A stretch of 64,000 nucleotides of DNA from Pecten maximus (Eukaryota): contig NC_047015.1 of the NCBI RefSeq assembly GCF_902652985.1, positions 17,732,001 to 17,796,000 of the forward strand, in the 5' to 3' direction. This document shows positions 40,462-51,964 of this stretch, in pieces (the stretch's first letter is position 1; every line of letters starts with the position of its first letter). The position numbers and the translations under genes are program-made. The notes beneath the pieces are model-generated. The model was given only the letters and a program-made list of their open reading frames with translations. It did no database searches and had not been told where the DNA came from.

Positions 40462-41754
40462 TTGTTCCGTAAATCAATACACAAAGTAAAGCAAATGCTC
40501 ATTTATATTGTTATTTGTGAATACAATTGTAATGACTGGTGATTTGTGTAATTTCGTGATGTCGTATTGAGTATAACTCTGTAGCCCACCGACATGACAG
40601 TTACAGAATGATCAGTAGCGAGACGGAACATGTCGTGAAACGGCTGCTTTTTGCGTTTAGTATTTTGCTTCATTTAATTGGAAAGAAGCAAATGATCGAG
40701 GCTTGATTACAAAATGACACAACTGTAGCATTGATACATTTACCGGGAAAACCTGTATTGTTTTGTGGTCGCCTACAAACTGTACCATGGCATTAGATCT
40801 AACATTTTAGATAACACACGGGACTCGTCATTGACACAAGGGACACGTGGGCCTCTCATAACTCTTTTGAAAAGGATACCGGTTATTATTTCTTAGATTG
40901 TTCTTTGATGTACATACTTTTTACATGGATGAACACGTTAATACATCACTAGATATGTATTAATTATATTCTCTTGCTAGTTTCACAGTTGGGTTTTCTT
41001 TAAGATATTGTAGAAAACATGGCCCAAAATCACCATGAGCAAATATGCTTGTTACGAATGTCATAATCGGGGTATGGAACCAATATAGGGCATTACGTCA
41101 GCTTCCTCCAACCTCGAACAGCACACAACACCTGTATATAACACCTCTGTTATTGTTATTTTCAGGAATGTTACCCTATGAAACCCTATAAAATGCCAGT
41201 CGTTACTTGTACCTCTCACAAGCCACAGGTTCCGGTTCCGTTTTACCACTGATGTCGGTGTCCGACCTCTTCATCCGCCCAGCACTCCTCTCTCATGCTG
41301 CAGTACCACGAGCTGAGTAAAACTTTGATGACGTCATTATACTATCACTGTGATCTCACACACATTTACTGTGTAAACTTATTTTGACAATAACTTGACA
41401 CGTGCACTCTGATCGAAAGGAGCACCCAGAAGCCTCCATCACATCACGTACACGCTGTCCACATTTCTGCTATCTCTAGCCAACAAGATGTCTGTGTATA
41501 CAACACTAGCGTTAAATTCGAGCCGTATCAATTTTAATTCCACTACCATCTTAAAACGCAATGCAAATACACACATTATCGTACAACATTTTATGATAAA
41601 TTAAATGTAAGAGCAGCTAATGTAACAATTTAACCTATGCAGGATTTATGTGACGTACTGGGGAGAAGGCTTACATCACACACTGGTAAATGGCGTGCTA
41701 GGAATACAGGATGTAATGGGAAACCTTTCTACAATGCCTAGGAGACAGCGTTTG

Positions 41755-43565
41755 TATGACGTATTGGGAAGAGTGTTAACATGACGTATTGGGGAGAGTG
41801 TTAATATGACGTATTGGGGATATTGTTAACATGACGTATTGGGGAGAGTGTTAATATGACGCATTGGGGAGATTGTTAACATGACGTATTGGGGAGAGTG
41901 TTAACATGACGTATTGGGGAGAGTGTTAATATGACGTATTGGGGAGAGAGTTAATATGACGTATTGTGGAGAGTGTTAATATGACGTATTGGGGAGTGTT
42001 AATATGACGTATTGGGGAGAGAGTTAATATGACGTATTGAGGAGAGTGTTAATATGACGTATTGGGGAGAGTGTTAATATGACGTATTGGGGAGAGTGTT
42101 AACATGATGTATTGGGGAGAGTGTTAACATGACGTATTGGGGAGATTGATAACATGACGTATTGGGGAGAGTGTTAATATGACGTATTGGGGAGAGTGTT
42201 GACATGACGTATTGGGGAGTGTTAATATGACGTATTGGGGAGAGTGTTAACATGACGTATTGAGGAGAGTGTTAACATGACGTATTGGGGAGAGTGTTAA
42301 TATGACGTATTGGGGAGAGTGTTAACATGACTATTGGGGGGAGTGTTAACATGACGTATTGGGGAGAGTGTTAATATGACGTATTGGGGAGAGTGTTAAC
42401 ATGACTATTGGGGGGAGTGTTAACATGACGTATTGGGGAGATTGATAACATGACGTATTGGGGAGAGTGTTAATATGACGTATTGGGGAGAGTGTTGACA
42501 TGACGTATTGGGGAGTGTTAATATGACGTATTGGGGAGAGTGTTAACATGACGTATTGAGGAGAGTGTTAACATGACGTATTGGGGAGAGTGTTAATATG
42601 ACGTATTGGGGGAGAGTGTTAACATGACTATTGGGGGGAGTGTTAACATGACGTATTGGGGAGAGTGTTAATATGACGTATTGGGGAGAGTGTTAACATG
42701 ACTATTGGGGGGAGTGTTAACATGACGTATTAGGGAGAGTGTTAATATGACGTATTGGGGAGTGTGTTAATATGACGTATTGGGGAGAGTGTTGACATGA
42801 CGTTTGGGGAGTGTTAATATGACGTATTGGGGAGAGTGTTAACATGACGTATTGAGGAGAGTGTTAATATGACGTATTGAGGAGAGTATTTATATGACGT
42901 ATTGGGGAGAGTGTTAACATGACTATTGGGGAGAGTGTTAACATGACGTATTGGGGAGAGTGTTAACATGACGTATTGGGGAGAGTGTTAACATGACTAT
43001 TGGGGAGAGTGTTAATATGACGTATTGGGGAGAGTGTTAATATGACGTATTGGGGAGAGTGTTAATATGACGTATTGGGGAGAGTGTTAACATGACTATT
43101 GGGGGGAGTGTTAACATGACGTATTAGGGAGAGTGTTAATATGACGTATTGGGGAGTGTGTTAATATGACGTATTGGGGAGAGTGTTAATATGACGTATT
43201 GGGGAGTGTTAACATGACGTATTGGGGAGAGTGTTAATATGACGTATTGGGAGGAGTGTTAATATGACGTATTGGGGAGAGTGTTAATATGACGTATTGG
43301 GGAGAGTGTTAATATGACGTATTCGGGAGAGTGTTAATATGACGTATTGGGGAGAGTGTTAATATGACGTATTGGGGAGAGTGTTAATATGACGTATTGT
43401 CGAGAGTGTTAATATGACGTATTGGGGAGAGTGTTAACATGACGCATTGGGGAGTGTGTTAATATGACGTATTGGGGAGAGTGTTGATATGACGTATTGG
43501 GGAGAGTGTTAATATGACGTATTGGGGAGAGTGTTAATATGACGTATTGGGGAGATTGTTAACAT
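41755..43565. repeat. Minisatellite, 25-bp unit, about 72 copies
   Basis: Unit ATGACGTATTGGGGAGAGTGTTAA(T/C). Confidence 0.97.
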
Positions 43566-43568
43566 GTT

Positions 43569-45100
43569 AACAACACTGACTCCTTCTAACGTCACATTCC
43601 CTGTATTAGAACCATGACAACACTGACCCCTTCTGACGTCACATTCCCTGTATTAGAGGCATGACAACTCTGACCCCTTCTGACGTCACAGTTCCCTGTA
43701 TCAGAGCCATGACAACACTGACCCCTTCTAACGTCACATTTCCGTGTTTCAGAGCCATGACAACACTGACCCCTTCTGACGTCACATTCCCTGTATCAGA
43801 GCCATGGCAACACTGACCCCTTCTAACGTCATATTTTCGTGTTTCAGAGCCATGACAACACTGACCCCTTCTGACGTCACATTTTCCTGTATTAGAGCCA
43901 TGACAACACTGTCTCCTTCTGACGTCACATTCCCTGTATCAGAGCCATGACAACTCTGGCCCCTTCTGACGTCACATTTCACTGTATCAGAGCCATGACA
44001 ATTCTGTCCCCTTCTGACGTCATATTCCCTGTATCAGAGCCATGAAAACACTGACCCCTTCTGACGTCACATTCCCTGTATCAGAGCCATGGCAACACTG
44101 ACCCCTTCTAACGTCATATTTCCATGTATCAGAGCCATGATAACTCTGTCCCCTTCTGACGTCACATTCCCTGTATCAGAGCCATGACAACTCTGGCCCC
44201 TTCTGACGTCACATTTCACTGTATCAGAGCCATGACAATTCTGTCCCCTTCTGACGTCACATTCCCTGTATCAGAGCCATGAAAACACTGACCCCTTCTG
44301 ACGTCACATTCCCTGTATCAGAGCCATGACAACACTGACCCCTTCTGACGTCACATTCCCTGTATCAGAGCCATGATAACTCTGTCCCCTTCTGACGTCA
44401 CATTCCCTGTATCAGAGCCATGACAACTCTGTCCCCTTCTGACGTCACATTCCCTGTATCAGAGCCATGACAACTCTGTCCCCTTCTGACGTCACATTCC
44501 CTGTATCAGAGCCATGACAACTCTGTCCCCTTCTGACGTCACATTTCCCGGTATCAGAGCCATGACAACTCTGTCCCCTTCTGACGTCACATTTCACTGT
44601 ATCAGAGCCATGATAACTCTGTCCCCTTCTGACGTCATATTCCCTGTATCAGAGCCATGAAAACACTGGCCCCTTCTGACGTCACATTCCCTGTATCAGA
44701 GCCATGATAACTCTGTCCCCTTCTGACGTCACATTTCCTGTATCAGAGCCATGACAACTCTGTCCCCTTCTGACGTCACATTCCCGTGTATCAGAGCCAT
44801 GACAACTCTGTCCCCTTCTGACGTCATATTTCCGTGTATCAGAGCCATGATAACTCTGTCCCCTTCTGACGTCACATTTCCGTGTATCAGAGCCATGATA
44901 ACTCTGTCCCCTTCTGACGTCACATTTCCTGTATCAGAGCCATGATAACTATGTCCCCTTCTGACGTCACATTCCCTGTATCAGAGCCATGATAACTCTG
45001 TCCCCTTCTGACGTCACATTTCCTGTATCAGAGCCATGACAACTCTGTCCCCTCCTGGCGTCACATTCCCTGTATCAGAGCCATTATAACTCTGTCCCAT
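43569..45100. repeat. Minisatellite, 47-48-bp unit, about 32 copies, most containing TGACGTCA
   Basis: Unit GCCATGACAACTCTGTCCCCTTCTGACGTCACATTCCCTGTATCAGA. Confidence 0.97.
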
Positions 45101-45829
45101 TTTAATATTGAGATGACAGCAGTGAGGTTTTTTCCAGTAGTTCCATTACTTCTCAAACTGTATGTTAACTTATAACAAGTCCAAACACTTGATTAAAGGG
45201 GTCAAGGTTATCAACTAATTAGTTATGAGAGTCAAACGTTCCATGAATTTTCTAATTTTTAGTGAAATATATGATACCGAATGGAAGAAGTGTCATTAGA
45301 TTAGTGTGCGTGATTAATTTCATGCTGTGGAAATATCGTTTTAATTCATTACTGATCACAAGTAAAATATAAAGTGTAAATGATAGTACTGGATATCATC
45401 ACGGTGTACGGACAATGTAACTGAGAGTATGACCGCAGATCGAAGTGTCCTTTCACACTCTCATATGTCTGTCACATTATGTTAATAAACCTGGTGGAAA
45501 ACAAACCGCGAGGAGCGCCTGGCTATTCATCACCTGATCTGCAGAATTGCGTCTTGGCAAGTAAAACACGGAAGTAAGCATATACTTAGTAGTTACGACC
45601 TTGGCTCGTTTACCGGCGATTTTAGTCGCAGTTCAGACTGCCATGTTACCGCGGGGCTTGTTTTTGTGACCGCTCGACTTTATTATGTCGTACCGATCTG
45701 AATGGGTATTGACGTCACATCACATTTCCATGGAATGGTCTCTGGACCTCAGAGAGGTCAAACGGTACCAAACTCTGGACTTCAGAGAGGTCAAACAATA
45801 CCAAACACTGGACCTCTTAGAGCATGATG

Positions 45830-46855
45830 CACATACACCGGACATCTCCGTCTGTCTGTGGACGTCAGTCAGAGAGGTACACACACCGGACACCTCCGTC
45901 TGTCTGTGGACGTCAGTCAGAGAGGTACACACACTGGACATCTCCGTCTGTCTGTGGACGTCAGTCAGAGGTACACACACCGGACATCTCCGTCTGTCTG
46001 TGGACGTCAGTCAGAGAGGTACATACACCGGATATCTCCGTCTGTCTGTGGACGTCAGTCAGAGGTACACACACCGGACATCCCCGTCTGTTTGTGGACG
46101 TCAGTCAGAGAGGTATACACACCGGACATCTCCGTCTGTCTGTGGACGTCAGTCAGAGGTACACACACCGGATATATCCGTCTGTCTGTGGACGTCAGTC
46201 AGAGGTACACACACCGGACATCCCCGTCTGTCTGTGGACGTCAGTCAGAGGTACACACACCGGACATCTCCGTCTGTCTGTGGACGTCAGTCAGAGAGGT
46301 ACACACACCGGACATCTCCGTCTGTCTGTGGACGTCAGTCAGAGAGGTACATACACCGGACATCTCCGTCTGTCTGTGGACGTCAGTCAGAGATGAACAC
46401 ACACCGGACACCTCCGTCTGTCTGTGGACGTCAGTCAGAGAGGTACACACACCGGACACATCCGTCTGTCTGTGGACGTCAGTCAGAGGTACACACACCG
46501 GATATATCCGTCTGTCTGTGGACGTCAGTCAGAGGTACACACACCGGACATCCCCGTCTGTCTGTGGACGTCAGTCAGAGGTACACACACCGGACATCTC
46601 CGTCTGTCTGTGGACGTCAGTCAGAGAGGTACACACACCGGACATCCCCGTCTGTCTGTGGACGTCAGTCAGAGGTACACACACCGGACATCTCCGTCTG
46701 TCTGTGGACGTCAGTCAGAGAGGTACACACACCGGACATCTCCGTCTGTCTGTGGACGTCAGTCAGAGAGGTACACACACCGGACATCCCCGTCTGTCTG
46801 TGGACGTCAGTCAGAGGTACACGCACCGGACATCTCCGTCTGTCTGTGGACGTCC
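45830..46855. repeat. Minisatellite, 46/48-bp unit, about 21 copies
   Basis: Unit ACACACCGGACATCTCCGTCTGTCTGTGGACGTCAGTCAG(AG)AGGTAC. Confidence 0.97.
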
Positions 46856-46880
46856 GTTTAAATGTCATGTTTCTGTCATA

Positions 46881-46899
46881 ACACACACACACACACACA
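46881..46899. repeat. (AC)n microsatellite
   Basis: About 9 AC units. Confidence 0.85.
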
Positions 46900-47499
46900 T
46901 TATTAATTATTCTTTGAGAATTGATGACGATATACGGAGTGATATCCATGTATATTCTCGGCAAAGATATGTGTCATTTTAATTTAATCGATACGAAGTC
47001 AAATTCGTAGACTAATAAACTAGATTTATAGGTAAAGATACAGTGCTTTGCCCGATGGATGTGTTCTCTGCCTGGGTTAATGTATTCGACATTACAAACG
47101 AGATGAGGAATAACAATTAGTGAGCTCGTGTGTACGTAATGTGACGTCACCAAGTTCAAAGACTGTATTTATGATAATGTGCATTTCTAAATCATCAAAA
47201 ACTGATTGATTTAAGTCATAATTGTCAAAAAATTGACAAGCATCAACGTAAAGTTTATGTTTCTTTCATCAACCAGACATAGTAATGTATAATATATGCA
47301 AGTATTACGGATGAGAGGACTTGCTATACATGTAGACTTGGCATAAATTTATACAAAACACACTTGGACAGGCATGTGTAATATGGGGAATGGGATGTGA
47401 GCTAGTGTAGAACGGTGTATTAATTGTAACTGATTAGAGGTGTTCATCTGAGGGTTACTCTGTACACGACAGCGTCAACACTTAACACGTGGGACAATG

Positions 47500-47831
47500 T
47501 ACAGGACAAACTAAACTTACACAGGGCAAGCGAGACATGCACAGGACAAAGTACACATGCACAGGACAAACTAAACTTACACAGGGCAAGCGAGACATGC
47601 ACAGGACAAAGTACACATGCACGGGACAAACTTAACTTACACAGGGCAAACGAGACATGCACAGGACAAAGTACACATGCACAGGACAAACTAAACTTAC
47701 ACAGGGCAAACGAGACATACACAGGACAAAGTAGACATGCACGGTACAAACTAAACTTACACAGGGCAAACGAGACATGCACAGGACAAAGTAGACATGC
47801 ACGGGACAAACTAAACTTACACAGGGCAAAC
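47500..47831. repeat. Minisatellite, 60-bp unit, about 5.5 copies
   Basis: Exact 60-bp periodicity with an internal ACATGCACAGGACAAA sub-duplication. Confidence 0.95.
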
Positions 47832-48097
47832 AAAACATTTATAGGCGATAACCGCCGGTTAATATGACGCGTATCGTCGCACATATCTTCTGAAGGTTGT
47901 TACATCCACACCGAAACCCATGGATATCGAAATATATTACACCTGACTCAATTCTACATAATCTGATACCGCTGGTAAAACCGTTAGACGAAATATGAGT
48001 ACCTCAGTCACCATATAGGTATTTACGAAGTCGTGGGAACATTGTCTTTCATGTAACATTAGAGTATATCGCTTGTTATAGGCACCTCGTCCTACCG

Positions 48098-49402
48098 GAA
48101 CATGTCCGGGGTACATACGATGGGGGCATGTCCGGGGTACATACGATGGGGGCATGTCCGGGGTACATACGATGGGTAAGTGTAATGAGTACATACGATG
48201 GGGGCATGTCCGGGGTACATACGATGGGTAAGTGTGATGAGTACATGTGTTGGGGACATGTCCGGGGTACATACGATGGGAACATGTCCGGGGTACATAC
48301 GATGGAAACATGTCCGGGGTACATACGATGGGGGCATGACCGGGGTACATACGATGGGTAAGTGTGATGAGTACATGTGCTGGGGACATGTCCGGGGTAC
48401 ATACGATGGGAACATGTCCTGGGTACATACAATGGGTAAGTGTAATGAGTACATGTGTTGGGGACATGTCCGGGGTACATACGATTGGGACATGTCCGGG
48501 GTACATACGATGGGTAAGTGTGATGAGTACATGTGCTGGGGACATGTCCGGGGTACATACGATGGGAACATGTCCGGGGTACATACGATGGGTAAGTGTA
48601 ATGAGTACATACGATGGGGACATGTCCGGGGTACATACGATGGGGACATGTCCGGGGTACATACGATGGGAACATGTCCGGGGTACATACGATGGGGACA
48701 TGTCCGGGGTACATACGATGGGTAAGTGTAATGAGTACATGTGTTGGGGACATGTCCGGGGTACATACGATGGGAACATGTCCGGGGTACATACGATGGT
48801 TAAGTGTGATGAGTACATGTGCTGGGGACATGTCCGGGGTACATACGGTGGGGACATGTCCGGGGTACATACGATGGTTAAGTGTGATGAGTACATGTGC
48901 TGGGGACATGTCCGGGGTACATAAGATGGGAACATGTCCGGGGTACATACGATGGGAACATGTCCGGGGTACATACGATGGGAACATGTCCGGGGTACAT
49001 ACGATGGGAACATGACCGGGGTACATACGATGGGTAAGTGTAATGAGTACATGTGCTGGGGACATGTCCGGGGTACATAAGATGGGGACATGTCCGGGGT
49101 ACATACGATGGGAACATGTCCGGGGTACATACGATGGGAACATGTCCGGGGTACATAAGATGGGGACATGTCCGGGGTACATACGATGGGGACATGTCCG
49201 GGGTACATACGATGGGAACATCTCCGGGGTACATACAATGGGTAAGTGTAATGAGTACATGTGTTAGGGACATGTCCGGGGTACATACGATTGGGACATG
49301 TCCGGGGTACATACGATGGAAACATGTCCTGGGTACATACGATGGAAACATGTCCTGGGTACATACGATGGGTAAGTGCAATGAATATATATGTTGGGAA
49401 CA
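48098..49402. repeat. Composite minisatellite: 26-bp unit irregularly interspersed with a second module of about 27 bp
   Basis: Module A is ACATGTCCGGGGTACATACGATGGG(G/A); module B is TAAGTGT(A/G)ATGAGTACATGTG(T/C)TGGGG. Confidence 0.96.
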
Positions 49403-50021
49403 TACGTTAAGAATATCTTTAACTTTAAACTGGTGACGTGCGAACGTTACTGTGAGGTGTAAGTCCTTATGGCTGTTCGTAAGTGTTCCCCAGGTAAGTG
49501 CGATTTAACTGCACTTTGCACATGTATGTTCGTGTGTGCAAAACACCGTATTAAGAGCTGATCAATAGCTAGCTACAGACACCCGAGAGTAACTGGTCTA
49601 AAGAGGCTAAAAGTGTTTGATATAAATATTGGCTATATGAAATATGAAAGTTATTCCATCCTCGCACGAGTTGTGGTGATTAAACCAAACTTGTTTCAAA
49701 AACTGCGCAGTCGAGACAAAACAAATGCAAACAGTTAAATTGATATCCATGTATGCTGTTAAGATTAAATTGCATTTGATGGAATTTCCTAAAGATTACA
49801 CGAGCTATCTGGGCTGAAATACTTGATCCTCATATCAATCTCAAAGTGTATAAGTTATTTAATGCACACATGTTGAGTAGGAACTTGTATTTATATAGCT
49901 CTAACTCTGATGTTCGACCTTTGTTGGTCCAATTTCAACGTTATCACGAGCGAAAATCAATCATTAGATGACAATGGATACAAGGACTTGACCACATATA
50001 CGAGGATTGGGCGTAATACAG

Positions 50022-50150
50022 AAGGACTGAGCGCCAGAAACAAATACCGGGCGCAATACACTAGGACTGGGCGCCAGAAACAAAGACCGGGCGCAATACA
50101 CTAGGACTGGGCGCCAGAAACAAAGACCAGGCGCAAGATACAAGGACTGT
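50022..50150. repeat. Tandem repeat, 40-bp unit, about 3 copies
   Basis: Unit AGGACTGGGCGCCAGAAACAAAGACCGGGCGCAATACACT. Confidence 0.88.
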
Positions 50151-50194
50151 GGACCAAAGACAATGGCCTGACACAAAATGCAAAGACTCGGTGC

Positions 50195-50625
50195 AAGACA
50201 CAAGGACAGACATTCAGCAATCAGACACAAGGACAGACATTCAGCATTCAGATACAAGGACAGTCATTCAGCAACCAGATACAAGGACAGACATTCAGCA
50301 ACCAGATACAAGGACAGACATTCGGCAATCAGATACAAGGACAGACATTCAGCATTCAGACACAAGGACAGACATTCAGCAATCAGATACAAGGACGGAC
50401 ATTCAGCATTCAGACACAAGGACAGACATTCAAAATTCAGATACACGGACAAACATTCAGCATTCAGACACAAGGACGGACATTCTGCAATCAGACACAA
50501 GGACAGAAATTCAGCAATCAGATACAAGGACAGATATTCAGCAATCAGATACAAGAACAGACATTCAGCAATCAGATACACGGACAGACATTCAGCAATC
50601 AGATACAAGGACGGACATTCTGCCT
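50195..50625. repeat. Minisatellite, 27-bp unit, about 16 copies
   Basis: Unit AGA(C/T)ACAAGGACAGACATTCAGCAATC. Confidence 0.95.
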
Positions 50626-51964
50626 TCAGTTTCAAGGACTTGACGCCAAAAACAGGGACTGGGGACACGATACAAGGACCGACATTCAGAACCAAGTGAT
50701 TTGTTACTATAATTCAGTGTCAGAATCGGTAGTTTACAAAGAGTCAATCAATGTGAAATCTCTGATTATTTGATGGTATGTATAAATTGGTACTCAACTA
50801 ATCAAACATGGCTGAAAACGGTTTCTTAAAAAGACACCAGAATGGCTCCAACTCAGTAGCTGATAACGCTAACCCAGTTGTCGATGGCTCAATACAGTCA
50901 AATGGTAACTCATCCTCGGTCGTTAATTACTCAAACTAATAACCAACTCGGTAAATGGATGGCGCAGACTCAGTAGTCTCAAACACAACAGGCGATTAAC
51001 TAGGTAGAGACGACTCCCACTCAGTAGTTGATGACTCATAACTCGGTAACTAAAAGACAGTGGAAAAATACTAAAAATCATGACTTAAACTGGGTAGTGA
51101 ATACCGATACCGTTACAGATCATGCTAAGTAAGCATGTCAGATATCAATCACATATCAACTAAAACCAGGATGTCGTTTACCATCTAACCATACGGGGCG
51201 AGGGGTCCGAGGGTCAGAAGTAGGGCCCATCAGTCAAGATCTACCAACAAAAGGCTGTGGCCACACTGTTCGTACAGGAGCGACACACTCCGTTAAACGT
51301 AAATATAATTACAGGTGTTGGATAAGGGGCCCCTCGCCAAGTGATATCGGGTGAGCGCCGGGCCGGGATCCTGTGTGGCCCTGGGCACGGTCGACTGCGC
51401 CTTAAAAGGGACAGACTATCACCTTACATTATGACAGTATCGAAGCAGACTTGCACCCTACGCCACGCATACGGGAATAGAGTGCTCGGTGACGTCAGAT
51501 TTACATGTTTATTTACTCGGCGTGTATCGGGTAGTCCTTAACAGGTTTTTTTGATAAATATCAATAAAATCTTAGATTCAACAGGATCCATGTCGCTGTC
51601 GTATTTTATTGTTTACTTTCTTCTAATGCACTGTTGATTTAAGAGCAACTAGCAGGGCCATGGTGATTACTGTTTATAACCCAGGGGAGTCCGGGTTAAA
51701 CTATGGGTGACAGGGTACCGAGGACAGGTTAACCCCCGACTCCGTGTCCCCTCCTCATCACCAGTCAATCTGTCCTACTTAAGATAGGGGTTTCCCGTGT
51801 ACACTTCCCAATGACGTCACATACGGGTTACCTGATGCGCCATGACGTCACTCCTTATACCTGTGATCTTAAGTGGTCACAAGGGCGATAAGATAGCGAC
51901 ATCACACAGACATCAAGATAGCCCCTCCGACCTGTTCCTTATCCATAAATAAACGCAACGCACG

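Noticed and set aside
7603-48039. Su(H)/CSL sites CGTGGGAA at about 7603, 12372 and 48032 as Notch input
   Set aside because: Three isolated, unpaired 8-mers in 64 kb are close to chance expectation.
45685-49436. Long ORFs (up to 488 aa) on both strands
   Set aside because: They lie almost entirely within the 46/48-bp, 60-bp and composite arrays, with frame-hopping repeated peptides.
50149-50699. (DTRTDIQQS)n ORF resembling a biomineralisation or low-complexity protein
   Set aside because: It is a 27-bp minisatellite open in several frames, with no signal peptide or exon evidence.
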